This document shows, piece after piece, positions 9,437-18,007 of a stretch of 64,000 nt of DNA (positions are counted from its first letter, which is position 1; every line of letters begins with the position of its first letter). This DNA comes from Patescibacteria group bacterium (GTDB lineage Bacteria; Patescibacteriota; Patescibacteriia; Patescibacteriales; UBA12465). The stretch lies in assembly GCA_041665845.1 (NCBI GenBank), contig JBAYIC010000001.1, positions 137,531 through 201,530 on the forward strand, written 5' to 3'. The notes under the pieces are model-generated. The model made no database searches. It was not told the DNA's origin and saw only the letters and a list, made by a program, of their open reading frames with translations. The translations under genes were made by a program, and so were the position numbers.

Positions 9437-9465
9437 TTGACAAGAGTTAGGTCTTATATTATTAT
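9437..9465 (+). promoter_or_regulatory. Sigma70-type promoter of clpB
   Basis: TTGACA (9437-9442), 17-nt spacer, TATTAT (9460-9465). Confidence 0.7.
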
Positions 9466-9469
9466 TTGA

Positions 9470-9496
9470 TTAGCACTCTAATATTATGACTGCTAA
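9470..9496 (+). promoter_or_regulatory. CIRCE operator (HrcA binding site)
   Basis: The sequence is TTAGCACTC-N9-GACTGCTAA. The consensus is TTAGCACTC-N9-GAGTGCTAA, so there is one mismatch. It lies just downstream of the -10 box and 28 nt before the clpB ATG. Confidence 0.85.
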
Positions 9497-9523
9497 AATA
9501 ATCAATTAGTCCAATTAAATAAT

Positions 9524-12163
9524 ATGTTCAATAAATTTACTGACAAGTCCCAAGAGGCAATCATCAATGCTCAAACAATTGCTTCAAATTACGGTCAACC
9601 TAATATAGAAGCAATTCACATCTTTCTAGCTCTTCTAGAGCAAAGCGAGGGATTAGTTAAGCCTGTTTTAGAAAAAATGAAAATTGACCCGGAAATAATA
9701 GAGGAAGAAGTAATTAAAGTTATCAAAAGTTTGCCAAGAACAAAAATTTTTCCACAAAACGGACCGGTTCAGGCTGTATCAGGAACGGCAGAAACCGCGG
9801 CTGTTTTAGAAAGAGCCCAGAAAGAAGCCGACGGAATGAACGATGAATTTATTTCCACAGAACATATTCTACTTGCGCTCATCGGTATTCCCTCTCCCGC
9901 ACAAAAGATTCTGCTTGATTTTAAAGTAGAATATAAAATTATTAAAGATATTCTAAAAGAACTGCGTGGCTCACAAACTGTTAACGATCAATTCCCAGAA
10001 AATAAATTTCAAGTCTTAGAAAAATACACAACCAATTTAACAGAGATGGCTAGACAAGAAAAACTTGATCCAGTTATCGGACGCGATATGGAAATAAGGC
10101 GTATTATGCAAGTCCTTTTGCGTCGTACTAAAAATAATCCGGTTTTAATTGGTGAAGCTGGTACTGGAAAAACAGCCGTCGTTGAAGGATTAGCACAAAG
10201 AATAGTTTCGGGAGATGTTCCAGAAAATTTAAAAAACAAAGAAATCATTTCTCTAGATTTAGGCGCTATTGTTGCTGGAGCAAAATTTCGAGGCGAATTT
10301 GAGGACCGGTTAAAAGCAATTTTAAAAGAAGTTAAATCGCAAAATGGCCGTCTGATTCTATTTATTGATGAACTACATACTCTCATTGGCGCTGGCGCCT
10401 CTGAAGGTTCAATGGACGCCTCTAATATGTTAAAACCAGCTTTAGCGAGAGGTGATTTACGAACTATCGGCGCAACCACAACCAAAGAATATCAAAAATA
10501 TATTGAAAAAGACGCCGCCCTAGAAAGAAGATTTCAACCAATTTATGTTTCCGAGCCTAGCGTTGAAGATACTATTAGTATGCTCCGCGGTTTGAAAGAA
10601 AAATATGAAGTCCATCACGGTGTAAGAATAACTGATAATGCTTTAATTGCCGCCGCCAAATTATCGCATCGTTATATAAGCGATCGTTTTCTTCCTGATA
10701 AAGCAGTTGATCTTATTGATGAAGCAACCTCTTCTCTGCGCATGGAAATAGATTCTATGCCCGATGAACTTGATCAATTAAAAAGAAAAATAAACCAGCT
10801 TGAATTAAATAAGGCTGGACTCATGACGACTGATAAGAAATCTCCTAAAATAAGAGCAATTAATCAAGAATTAGCTAAATTGAAAGAAAAATCCAATCAA
10901 TTAGAACTTCATTGGAACAATGAAAAAAACATTATTTCTCAAATTAGAAATTCTAAAAAAGAAATTGAAGATTTAAAAATAAAATCAGAAATCGCTCAAA
11001 GACAAGGAGCGGATTTAACCGAGGTCGCAAAAATAAAATATGGCTTAATTCCTGAATTAGAAAATAAAATCAATCAATCTCAAGAAGAATTGTTAAAAAT
11101 TCAAAAAAGAGGGCAAAGAATACTGAAAGAAGAGGTTGATGAAGAAGATATCGCTAAAGTAGTTGCCCGTTGGACCGGTATCCCGGTTAATAAAATGCTT
11201 CAAGATGAAATTAAAAAATTAAGTGATGCCGAGAAAAACTTAAACCAAGAAGTAGTCGGCCAAGAAGATGCAATTAAAGCAGTAGCGAATGCCCTTAGAA
11301 GGTCGCGCGCCGGAATAAATGAAGAAAAAAGACCAATCGGTTCTTTCTTATTTGTTGGACCAACCGGAGTTGGGAAAACTGAACTAGCAAAAACTTTAGC
11401 GCAATTTATGTTTGATGACGAAAAATCTCTCATTAGACTAGATATGAGTGAATTCATGGAGAAACATTCAGTCGCTAAATTAATCGGTTCACCTCCTGGA
11501 TATATTGGTCATGATGATGGCGGACAATTAACAGATAAGGTTCGTCGCCATCCTTACAGTGTTGTTTTATTTGATGAAATAGAAAAAGCTCATCCCGATA
11601 TGTTTAACGTCTTATTGCAAATATTGGATGATGGGCGCTTAACTGATTCTAAAGGGAGAACGATAAACTTTAAAAACACAATCATCATTATGACCTCCAA
11701 TCTAGGGAATGAGGTCATAAAAAATTATTCTATTGGCTTTAATGATGAAAGTGATAAAAAGCAAGCAACCAAAACAAGAGTTAGCGAAATGAAAGAGAAA
11801 ATCGATAAAATTCTCAAAGATCATTTCAAGCTTGAATTTTTAAATCGCATTGATGAGGTTGTTCTCTTCCATAGCTTATCGCCTGAAGCTCTAGAAAAAA
11901 TAGTCGACTTGGAACTCAGTAAAGTAGAAAAGAGATTGGCCGCTAAAAATATTAATGTTAAAGTCGGCTCTAAGGTTAAAAAAATGTTAGCGGAAAAAGG
12001 CTATGATATAACCTATGGCGCAAGACCACTAAAAAGAATTATCCAAAATCTCATTTTAGATGAACTTGCTCTAGAAATAATTGAGGGTAAAATAAAAGAA
12101 GGTGAAAAAGTAAAAATAGATTTAGAAGGAAAAGAAAAAATTACCATTGAAATAATAAAATAA
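9524..12163 (+). CDS. clpB: Chaperone/disaggregase ClpB
   Basis: 879 aa with Clp_N repeats. NBD1 has GEAGTGKT and LFIDELH. A long coiled-coil M-domain is present. NBD2 has [12 protein letters not shown] and LFDEIEKAH. Confidence 0.97.
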   Translation: MFNKFTDKSQEAIINAQTIASNYGQPNIEAIHIFLALLEQSEGLVKPVLEKMKIDPEIIEEEVIKVIKSLPRTKIFPQNGPVQAVSGTAETAAVLERAQKEADGMNDEFISTEHILLALIGIPSPAQKILLDFKVEYKIIKDILKELRGSQTVNDQFPENKFQVLEKYTTNLTEMARQEKLDPVIGRDMEIRRIMQVLLRRTKNNPVLIGEAGTGKTAVVEGLAQRIVSGDVPENLKNKEIISLDLGAIVAGAKFRGEFEDRLKAILKEVKSQNGRLILFIDELHTLIGAGASEGSMDASNMLKPALARGDLRTIGATTTKEYQKYIEKDAALERRFQPIYVSEPSVEDTISMLRGLKEKYEVHHGVRITDNALIAAAKLSHRYISDRFLPDKAVDLIDEATSSLRMEIDSMPDELDQLKRKINQLELNKAGLMTTDKKSPKIRAINQELAKLKEKSNQLELHWNNEKNIISQIRNSKKEIEDLKIKSEIAQRQGADLTEVAKIKYGLIPELENKINQSQEELLKIQKRGQRILKEEVDEEDIAKVVARWTGIPVNKMLQDEIKKLSDAEKNLNQEVVGQEDAIKAVANALRRSRAGINEEKRPIGSFLFVGPTGVGKTELAKTLAQFMFDDEKSLIRLDMSEFMEKHSVAKLIGSPPGYIGHDDGGQLTDKVRRHPYSVVLFDEIEKAHPDMFNVLLQILDDGRLTDSKGRTINFKNTIIIMTSNLGNEVIKNYSIGFNDESDKKQATKTRVSEMKEKIDKILKDHFKLEFLNRIDEVVLFHSLSPEALEKIVDLELSKVEKRLAAKNINVKVGSKVKKMLAEKGYDITYGARPLKRIIQNLILDELALEIIEGKIKEGEKVKIDLEGKEKITIEIIK

Positions 12164-12175
12164 TTTAAATCAGAG

Positions 12176-12200
12176 AACTCGTTAAACAACGAGTTTTTTG
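12176..12200 (+). terminator. Intrinsic terminator of clpB
   Basis: AACTCGTT-AAAC-AACGAGTT hairpin followed by TTTTT. Confidence 0.8.
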
Positions 12201-12201
12201 G

Positions 12202-12230
12202 TTGCCGAACAGGAAAAAATATATTATAAT
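12202..12230 (+). promoter_or_regulatory. Sigma70-type promoter
   Basis: TTGCCG, 17-nt spacer, TATAAT. Confidence 0.65.
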
Positions 12231-12273
12231 TAGAATCAATCCAACTTATAAAACATTCTAAAACAATATCAAC

Positions 12274-13818
12274 ATGAAAAATAAAAAAATAATGGCTATT
12301 TCTCTAATTTTAGCTTTTTTTACGCCATTTTTCAGTTTTAACGTCAACCAAGCAAAGGCCCAGATAAATACTGATGCTATTTTTAATCCCAATCGCATCG
12401 TTGAAGATAATGAATTACTAAATTCTAATGCAATGGGACTTTTAGAAATTCAAAATTTCTTAAAGAATAAAGGTAGTTATTTAACAAATTATAGTACGCA
12501 GAATACTCATGGTGACGTTAAAACTGCCGCTGAAATAATTTATGATGCAACTCATAATAATTATGATTGCGATGAAGCTAAAAAAAATAATTTATTAAGC
12601 GATAAACCAACTGAAGCGGAGAAAAAAGCTAAATGTCGACAAATAACGACCGTTAATCCTAAATTCTTGCTTGTGCTTTTACAAAAAGAAGCAAGTTTAG
12701 TAACTGATAGTTCTCCTTCCCAAGGACGACTAGATTGGGCGACTGGCTATGGTTGTCCCGATAGCTGGGTTTGCAATCCCTATTATAAAGGTTTTGGCAA
12801 ACAAGTTAACAGCGCTTCCCTCCAATTTCTAGCCTACATGAAGGAACCGCAAAACTATGGCTTTAAAGTCGGACAAACTTATATCGCTAAAGATAAGTAT
12901 GGTATTTTAAAATCAACTGCTAGAGCAATGAACGACGGTGACTATACCGCTATAATCAATTCACCAGAAATGGTTAGTGTTACTCCGGAGAATCAAGCAA
13001 CTGCCGCTCTATATAATTATACTCCACATATTTATAATGGTAATTACAACACTTTTAGACTCTGGAATGACTACTTCCCTAAAGTATCTCGTTTATATCC
13101 GGACGGTTCAATCATTAAAGCAGCCGGAGACGCTAAGGTTTGGCTGATTTCGGGCGGTAATAAAAGACCTTTTGCTAATTGGTCGGCTTTTGCTTCCCGA
13201 TTTAGCCCCAATCAAATCGTTGAAGTTAGCAGCGCTGATTTAGAAAATTATCCTCTCGGAGGAGAAATAAAGTTTGCCAATTATTCTATTGTCCAGACTC
13301 CGGATAAAAAAATCTATTTATTGGTCGATAAAGAAAAAAGATTATTTACCAGTACGGCGACTTTCAAAACTATCGGCTTTAATCCGGCCGAAATTGAACC
13401 AGCGACCGTTGATGACTTAAGTAGTTATATTACCGGAAAATCAATAACCGCTACTTCTACCTATATAACCGGCGCCCTGCTTCAAGACTCAAAAACTGGA
13501 GAAATATTTTATGTTGAAAATGGTACTCGCTCTTTGGTGGATAATATATTGCTAAAAATTAAATTCGGCGACAAAAAAATAACCAAAAAAACTACTAAAG
13601 AATTAAAAGTGTACGCTACTTCTACTCCCGTTCTTTTAGATGATGGGGCGCTTGTGCAAACTAATAGTTATCCAACAATTTATTTAATTTCTAATGGACA
13701 AAAACGCCCCTTTGCAAACATAGAAGCTTTCAATAAATTAAACTATAATTCAGCGAATATTATCACTGTTACTTCTAAGTTTCTGTATAATTACTCTCAA
13801 GGGGAAATAATAAACTAA
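12274..13818 (+). CDS. Secreted protein, unknown function, with a C-terminal array of ~70-aa repeat modules
   Basis: Signal peptide present. Repeated modules include KVWLISGGNKRPFANWSAFA, KIYLLVDKEKRLFTSTATFKTIGF and TIYLISNGQKRPFANIEAFNKLNY. The same module type occurs in the ORF at 20060-21589. Confidence 0.8.
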   Translation: MKNKKIMAISLILAFFTPFFSFNVNQAKAQINTDAIFNPNRIVEDNELLNSNAMGLLEIQNFLKNKGSYLTNYSTQNTHGDVKTAAEIIYDATHNNYDCDEAKKNNLLSDKPTEAEKKAKCRQITTVNPKFLLVLLQKEASLVTDSSPSQGRLDWATGYGCPDSWVCNPYYKGFGKQVNSASLQFLAYMKEPQNYGFKVGQTYIAKDKYGILKSTARAMNDGDYTAIINSPEMVSVTPENQATAALYNYTPHIYNGNYNTFRLWNDYFPKVSRLYPDGSIIKAAGDAKVWLISGGNKRPFANWSAFASRFSPNQIVEVSSADLENYPLGGEIKFANYSIVQTPDKKIYLLVDKEKRLFTSTATFKTIGFNPAEIEPATVDDLSSYITGKSITATSTYITGALLQDSKTGEIFYVENGTRSLVDNILLKIKFGDKKITKKTTKELKVYATSTPVLLDDGALVQTNSYPTIYLISNGQKRPFANIEAFNKLNYNSANIITVTSKFLYNYSQGEIIN

Positions 13819-13822
13819 CGAT

Positions 13823-14644
13823 ATGCCTTTAATAAAAGCCTACCTATTACCCCATTCTCCCCTTTTAATACCAGAAATAGGCCGAGCAAACCATAGCTTT
13901 TTAGATAAAACAAACGTCGCTTATCAAAAAATTAAAGAAGATCTTATTTCTTCTGCGATTGAAACAATTATTATTGTTTCTCCTCATAACCAAATCGGGG
14001 ATAAGTTTTTTATTTTAAATGCGGCTCCGGAAATGGAATTAAGTTTTTCTGACTTCGGCTTCATTCCACCCAAGAATTTTTTTAAAGGCGATATTTTGCT
14101 TTGTGATCACATAAAGAATCAATTAAAAAATGAATCGTTAATTAAAATTATATCAGAAAAAAATCTTGACTACGGAAGTGCTATCCCCTTGCATTTATTA
14201 AAAACTCCGGAAACAGCCTTGAAAGTATTAATTATTTCTCCAGCCGAGAAATTAGAGTTGGAAGAACATTTCAACTTTGGATTAAAGCTGGCAGAAATAA
14301 TTAAAAATAGTGATAAAAAAATTGCTATCATCGCTTCAGGGGACTTGTCTCATCGCTTAAAGCGCAAATCTCCGGGAGGTTATTCTCCTAAGGGGGCAAA
14401 ATTTGATAACAAATTAATTGAATATTTAAGCGAATCAAATACCGCTAAAGAAAATATCTTAAAGATGGATAAAAAATTAATTTTAGAAGCTAGCGAGTGC
14501 GGCTTAAAGCCAATTATTATAACTTTGGGGATTTTAGAAGAAAATAATTGGGACGCGAATATTCTAGCTTATCAAACAGATTTTGGTGTCGGTTATTTGA
14601 GCTTAGAATTTATTCTTACTAACAAAACTGAAGCTGAGAAATAA
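13823..14644 (+). CDS. Class III extradiol dioxygenase-like (LigB/MEMO superfamily) protein
   Basis: The N-terminal LLPHSPLLIPE and the later ASGDLSHRL resemble metal-ligand segments of LigB-type proteins. The family assignment is moderate. Confidence 0.6.
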   Translation: MPLIKAYLLPHSPLLIPEIGRANHSFLDKTNVAYQKIKEDLISSAIETIIIVSPHNQIGDKFFILNAAPEMELSFSDFGFIPPKNFFKGDILLCDHIKNQLKNESLIKIISEKNLDYGSAIPLHLLKTPETALKVLIISPAEKLELEEHFNFGLKLAEIIKNSDKKIAIIASGDLSHRLKRKSPGGYSPKGAKFDNKLIEYLSESNTAKENILKMDKKLILEASECGLKPIIITLGILEENNWDANILAYQTDFGVGYLSLEFILTNKTEAEK

Positions 14645-14653
14645 ATATGAAAT

Positions 14654-14941
14654 ATGAAGGCTGATTTTCAATCATTTTCTGATATTTTTAAAAACCGCCA
14701 ACTAGTAAAGGCGCCAGCTTATCCTTGGCAAGATTTAGCTTTACGAATTATTAAAGAACTAGATATCCCCGGGTTCAAACGCTCTTCAGTTTTTAAGGCT
14801 TGTAAAGACTTGCCTCAAAATGTAGTGGAGTTAGCTTTAAACGATACTAAAGAGCTTTGTAAAAGTGGAATGAAATGGAAATACTTTTTTAAAGTATTAG
14901 ACGTAAAAAAAATAAATAAAAAAATAGACGAAAAAAAATAA
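14654..14941 (+). CDS. Hypothetical protein (95 aa)
   Basis: The ORF is tightly packed between neighbours on the same strand. No motif was recognised. Confidence 0.6.
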   Translation: MKADFQSFSDIFKNRQLVKAPAYPWQDLALRIIKELDIPGFKRSSVFKACKDLPQNVVELALNDTKELCKSGMKWKYFFKVLDVKKINKKIDEKK

Positions 14942-14942
14942 T

Positions 14943-15446
14943 ATGGCAAAAAAATTAGAAATACTAATACACCCCAATCCGATTTTAAGAACAAAATCGA
15001 CCGAGATACAGATAAATGAACTCTTGAATAAAAAAATGAAAGAACTGCTTTTAGATATGGAAGAAACCATGAAAGAAAAAGATGGCGCTGGCTTAGCGGC
15101 TCCGCAGATCGGAAAAAATATTAGATTAATCGTTATTAGTCATGAAAAAAAGACCATTTTTCTAATCAATCCGACTATAACTAAAAAATCATGGGCGCGT
15201 AAAACAGAAGAAGAGGGCTGTTTGTCTGTTGTTAACGAAAAAGGAGAAATAATATATGCCCCAGTTTCAAGACATAGACGAATAAATTGTGTTTATCTTG
15301 ATGAAACTGGTAATAAAAAAACTCTAGCCGCCGAAGATATGTTAGCTAGAGTAATCCAACATGAAATAGATCATTTAGATGGAATTCTTTTTATTGATCG
15401 TCTTAACGATTTTCCAGCCAAGCCAACAAAGACCAAAACCAAGTAG
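14943..15446 (+). CDS. def: Peptide deformylase
   Basis: Motifs GAGLAAPQIG, EGCLS and QHEIDHLDG. Confidence 0.96.
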   Translation: MAKKLEILIHPNPILRTKSTEIQINELLNKKMKELLLDMEETMKEKDGAGLAAPQIGKNIRLIVISHEKKTIFLINPTITKKSWARKTEEEGCLSVVNEKGEIIYAPVSRHRRINCVYLDETGNKKTLAAEDMLARVIQHEIDHLDGILFIDRLNDFPAKPTKTKTK

Positions 15447-15998
15447 CACCCAAGAAATTTCTTGATAATATTTTAAAAGTAAATCTTGGTTAGCGCCAAT
15501 AAAATAACCTAGAGCCGCTAAAATAGAGACCCAGAGCGCTGAGCCAAGAGTCGTATAAAAAAGAAAAGGTAAAAATGGCATCTTAGAAAACCCAGCCGGA
15601 AGAGAAATTAGTTGTCTAATAACTGGAACTAAACGACCAATAAAAGTAGCGGAGATTGAATTATCCAAAAAATATTTTTCGGCTCTTGCAACGCTTTCAG
15701 GACTAACCAAAAAAAATTTAGCTATTCTATGACCAGCCAATTTATAAATTAAAGGTCTCCCTAAATAATAAGCTAAAACATAATTAAAAATAGCGCCTAT
15801 TACACTTCCGATTACGCCTGCTAAAATAACTAACCAAATATCTAACCTACCCTGACTAGCTAAATAAGCAGCTGGAGGGACGATTATTTCTGATGGCATC
15901 GGAATAAAAGAACTTTCAATCGCCATCAATAACCCCACGCCTAAATAACCCATCCCTTGAGTAATATTGAGAAAAAAATTAAAAAAATCGGTTAACAT
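15375..15998 (-). CDS. DedA-family membrane protein
   Basis: YLGVGLLMAIESSFIPMPSEIIV and GRLVPVIRQLISLPAG are typical of DedA/SNARE-associated proteins. Its 3' end overlaps the 3' end of def by 72 nt. Confidence 0.88.
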   Translation of the reverse strand: MLTDFFNFFLNITQGMGYLGVGLLMAIESSFIPMPSEIIVPPAAYLASQGRLDIWLVILAGVIGSVIGAIFNYVLAYYLGRPLIYKLAGHRIAKFFLVSPESVARAEKYFLDNSISATFIGRLVPVIRQLISLPAGFSKMPFLPFLFYTTLGSALWVSILAALGYFIGANQDLLLKYYQEISWVLLGFGLCWLGWKIVKTINKKNSI

Positions 15999-16025
15999 AA
16001 TCTAAATATATCATATTGCCATACT

Positions 16026-16967
16026 ATGTCCAGTCAGAAAGAAGTAAAAAAAATCAGAATTATTTTCATGGGAACGCCCGAATTTTCTTTGCCTGGGCTT
16101 AGAGCATTAATTAAAGATGAGTCTTTTGAAATTGTCGGCGTACTCACACAACCAGATAAACCCTTCGGCCGTAAACAAATATTAACTCCTCCATCCGTCA
16201 AAGTCCTAGCGCTTGAAAATAATTTAGAAATATTTCAACCAGATAAAATAAAAACTGAAATTGAAAATATTAAAAGTTTAGAGCCTGATTTGATCGTTGT
16301 CATTGCTTATGGCAAAATAATCCCTCAAGAGATATTAGATATACCAACATTCGGCTGTATTAACGTTCATGCCTCCCTGTTACCTAAATATCGCGGAGCG
16401 GCTTGTTTAAATGCACCCATTTTAAATGGCGATAAAGAAACTGGAGTAACAATTATGAAAATGGAGGCTGGTCTTGACACTGGTCCAATTTTACAACAAT
16501 CTAAAATGGAATTAAACGGACAAGAAACTTTAGGCGATGTTCATGATAGATTATCGGAACTTGGAGCAAAAGAGCTACCTAGTACTCTTCATGATTGGAT
16601 AGCGGGCAATATAGAAGCGCAAGTTCAAGATAATTTTCAGGCAAGTTTTGTAAAAACTTTGACTAAAGAAGATGGGCAAATTAACTGGGAAAAACAAGCA
16701 GAAGAAATTGAAAGGATGATTCGTGCTTTTACTCCTTGGCCGGGAGTTTGGACTGAGTTGAATGGAGAAATATTAAAAATAATTTCAGTCGAACATAAAA
16801 TCGCTAAGGTAAATAAAGTTAAAACTGGACAATTATTTTTAGATAACGGAAGACTGTTAATTCAATGTAGACAAAATGCTCTTGTTATATTAGAATTGCA
16901 ATTGGCCGGTAAAAGAGCGATGGACTCTAGTGAATTTATAAATGGATACAAAGACAAATTAAAATAA
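16026..16967 (+). CDS. fmt: Methionyl-tRNA formyltransferase
   Basis: FMGTPEFS, NVHASLLPKYRGAA and a C-terminal Fmt domain. Confidence 0.96.
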   Translation: MSSQKEVKKIRIIFMGTPEFSLPGLRALIKDESFEIVGVLTQPDKPFGRKQILTPPSVKVLALENNLEIFQPDKIKTEIENIKSLEPDLIVVIAYGKIIPQEILDIPTFGCINVHASLLPKYRGAACLNAPILNGDKETGVTIMKMEAGLDTGPILQQSKMELNGQETLGDVHDRLSELGAKELPSTLHDWIAGNIEAQVQDNFQASFVKTLTKEDGQINWEKQAEEIERMIRAFTPWPGVWTELNGEILKIISVEHKIAKVNKVKTGQLFLDNGRLLIQCRQNALVILELQLAGKRAMDSSEFINGYKDKLK

Positions 16968-16971
16968 AAAT

Positions 16972-17043
16972 GGTCTCTTCGTCTAACGGTTAGGACGCCA
17001 GGTTCTCATCCTGGTAACAGGGGTTCGATTCCCCTAGGGACTA
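16972..17043 (+). tRNA. tRNA-Glu (anticodon CTC), no encoded CCA
   Basis: Hand-folded cloverleaf. The acceptor stem is GGTCTCT/AGGGACT. The anticodon arm is CCAGG-TTCTCAT-CCTGG. The T arm is AGGGG-TTCGATT-CCCCT. Confidence 0.9.
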
Positions 17044-17048
17044 CTAAT

Positions 17049-17082
17049 AAAAATAGACTTAACGAATGTTGAGTCTATTTTT
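17049..17082 (+). terminator. Intrinsic terminator after tRNA-Glu
   Basis: AAAAATAGACT pairs with AGTCTATTTTT across a 12-nt loop. Confidence 0.7.
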
Positions 17083-17089
17083 ATTAATT

Positions 17090-17258
17090 TGGGCAAACTA
17101 GGAGAATCGAACAAGCGGCGAGCGAAATACGAGGATGAACGAAGCGAGTCCGAGTAATTGAGCGACGATAAGCGCGAGCTAGCGTAGCGCTTAGCGGCCG
17201 GTCTGGACAAGTGAGCTTTTCGGAAGAAAAGCGAGCGCGAAATTCCCCTAGGGACTAC
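17090..17258 (+). other. GC- and purine-rich structured block of unknown nature, ending in a duplicate of the tRNA-Glu 3' end. It is either a candidate ncRNA or a remnant of an integrated element.
   Basis: The block is markedly more GC-rich than its surroundings. It holds two perfect 7-bp hairpins: TAAGCGC...GCGCTTA and GCTTTTC-GGAA-GAAAAGC. Its left end, read on the minus strand, is GTTCGATTCTCCTAGTTTGCCCA, which looks like a tRNA T-loop/acceptor fragment. Its right end is ATTCCCCTAGGGACTAC. Confidence 0.4.
17242..17258 (+). repeat. 17-nt exact direct repeat of the tRNA-Glu 3' end (first copy at 17028-17044)
   Basis: ATTCCCCTAGGGACTAC occurs at both positions, 197 nt apart. Confidence 0.9.
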
Positions 17259-17264
17259 GAATTT

Positions 17265-17293
17265 AAAAGGACATGTTTGGTGCATGTCCTTTT
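17265..17293. terminator. Bidirectional intrinsic terminator
   Basis: GGACATG-TTTGGTG-CATGTCC hairpin flanked by an A-run and a T-run. Confidence 0.75.
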
Positions 17294-17315
17294 GTTTAAG
17301 TTGTTATTAAAAAAT

Positions 17316-17858
17316 TTATTTTTTCGCTTCGGATAATTCTCTTTGACGGTCGCTTAACCAATTATCCCAAGTAGCCAAATATTGAGGAAAATTCATTTTG
17401 TTTTCTACAATATGATTCAGCCATTTTTCAGCTGTTTGAATATCACTTTGAAGAGCATTCCTAAAACCTTTGGTATCAGTGAAGCCAAATTTTTCTTTTA
17501 GCTCGGCCTGTGCCTCCTCCTTAGTGCGATGTTCCATTTTTTCTAAGAATCCATCACTCTTTAAATTTTTATAGAGTTCAACGTCTTTTTGACGGTCACT
17601 TAACCAGGAATCCCAAGTGGATGCATATTGCGGGAAACTTTCTTTGTTTTCTACAATATATTTTAGCCATTCTTCAGCTAATTCAATTTTACCTTGTTGC
17701 AAGGCCAACTGAAAGTCTGAAGTTTTTCTCAGCCCGAATTTTTCAATCAATTCTTGCTGAGCTTCTTCTTTAGTTCTTTTCGTTTCCATTTTTACCTCCG
17801 GTTTTTGTTGATTTATAAAAGAATCTTCATTTATTGATTTATCCCCAAATAGTCCCAT
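17316..17858 (-). CDS. Hypothetical protein built from two tandem ~75-aa repeats
   Basis: Repeat 1 is KRTKEEAQQELIEKFG...AEEWLKYIVENKESFPQYASTWDSWLSDRQ. Repeat 2 is HRTKEEAQAELKEKFG...AEKWLNHIVENKMNFPQYLATWDNWLSDRQ. Confidence 0.75.
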   Translation of the reverse strand: MGLFGDKSINEDSFINQQKPEVKMETKRTKEEAQQELIEKFGLRKTSDFQLALQQGKIELAEEWLKYIVENKESFPQYASTWDSWLSDRQKDVELYKNLKSDGFLEKMEHRTKEEAQAELKEKFGFTDTKGFRNALQSDIQTAEKWLNHIVENKMNFPQYLATWDNWLSDRQRELSEAKK

Positions 17859-18007
17859 AGTTTTGTAATTTAGTTTATTTACTTAACTTATATTAACACT
17901 TAGCATAAACCCATAGTCTTAATTATATAACATTTTGCAATAAAAGTAACTGTTTTTTGACTTTCTACTCTTTATTGATTAGTATTTAGAGATAAACAAT
18001 ATAAAAT

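Noticed and set aside
5564-10485. Multiple antisense or nested track ORFs inside long genes: 5564-5821, 6027-6227, 6489-6674, 7122-7445, 8829-9035 and 10009-10485
   Set aside because: Each lies wholly within, and opposite to, a well-supported gene with strong family motifs. Each also has an odd composition. They are typical shadow ORFs.
17090-17260. Possible tmRNA (ssrA). The left end, GGGCAAACTAGGAGAATCGAAC, loosely resembles a tmRNA 5' region. A short frame ends ...DDKRELA-stop. The block also ends in a tRNA-like 3' sequence.
   Set aside because: The block is about half the size of a tmRNA. Its 5' end cannot pair with the 3' AGGGACT acceptor strand. There is no intact T-arm, because no AGGGG 5' stem precedes the loop. 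The would-be tag lacks the typical hydrophobic Ala-rich end.
17034-17285. 83-aa minus-strand ORF in the track
   Set aside because: It overlaps the tRNA-Glu 3' end, two terminator hairpins and the GC-rich block. Its Ser/Arg-rich composition looks like an artefact of the purine-rich opposite strand.
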